This document shows, piece after piece, positions 63,651 through 64,000 of a stretch of 64,000 nt of DNA; position 1 is the first letter of the stretch; each line of letters begins with the position of its first letter. The position numbers and the translations under genes are program-made. The notes under the pieces were generated by a model, which was given only the letters and a program-made list of their open reading frames with translations, searched no databases and was not told where the DNA came from. The stretch spans positions 57,689 to 121,688 of the forward strand of contig CAVOGP010000036.1 of the NCBI GenBank assembly GCA_963695425.1. The letters run 5' to 3'. This stretch comes from an uncultured Alphaproteobacteria bacterium (GTDB taxonomy: Bacteria; Pseudomonadota; Alphaproteobacteria; Rhodobacterales; Rhodobacteraceae).

Positions 63651-64000
63651 ATGGCACCTAGAGCGAGCTGGAAGGGCTACCTGAAGCTGAGCCTGGTGAG
63701 CTGTCCGGTGCGGCTCTATCCGGCGACGAGCGCGAGCGAGCGCATCTCGTTCAACCAACTGCACCGCAAGACCCACAACCGGATCAACATGAAGCCGGTC
63801 GACCCCGAGCTTGGCCTCGTCGAGCGCTCGGACCTGGTGCGCGGCTACGAGTACGAGGACAAGAAGTACATCATCATCGAGGACGAGGACCTCGAGGCGG
63901 TGCGGATCGAGTCCAACCACACGATGAACATCGAAGCCTTCGTCGAGACGAACTCGGTGGACGTGATCTACCAGGACGCGCCCTATTATCTCGCGCCGGA
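63651..64000 (+). CDS. ku: Ku protein (3'-partial, runs off the window)
   Basis: Manual translation MAPRASWKGYLKLSLVSCPVRLYPAT...LVRGYEYE...PYYLAP. Confidence 0.93.
   Translation, partial: MAPRASWKGYLKLSLVSCPVRLYPATSASERISFNQLHRKTHNRINMKPVDPELGLVERSDLVRGYEYEDKKYIIIEDEDLEAVRIESNHTMNIEAFVETNSVDVIYQDAPYYLAP

Overview
High-GC alphaproteobacterial DNA. Gene content and the ftsK-aminotransferase-amidase-ubiL synteny suggest Rhodobacterales. The window is mostly accessory DNA around a short core islet. Left to right: (1) an ectoine/hydroxyectoine catabolic cluster (enuR-uehABC-'eutA-eutBCDE), heavily frameshifted and carrying an internal deletion; (2) a 9-21 kb redox/detox region (cupin, BBE-type FAD oxidase, MATE, HxlR, OsmC, two GlxA-type AraC regulators, VOC, SAM methyltransferase, two DUF1127, a His-rich beta-propeller) mixed with gene fragments; (3) a frameshifted ydcSTUV-patD polyamine locus, an SDR and frmA; (4) a Xaa-Pro peptidase and dppABCDF; (5) a wHTH-TPR regulator with a single-Cys OsmC; (6) the core islet ftsK, aminotransferase, amidase, ubiL, tRNA-Phe; (7) a post-tRNA island with IS remnants, ald, a NitT/TauT ABC transporter, a PQQ-dehydrogenase cluster, a serine-recombinase remnant and ligD-ku. 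Best candidates for undescribed systems: (a) the PQQ cluster, which combines an SSDH/DepA-like dehydrogenase with a non-canonical metal site, two XoxJ-like proteins, an ABC-2 transporter, a cytochrome c and a catalytically dead site-2-protease homologue; (b) a GlxA-controlled OsmC / methyltransferase / SBP56-like propeller module whose two regulators share a visible 38-bp operator. All family calls come from motif recognition by eye; no database searches were run. Boundaries of frameshifted genes are approximate.
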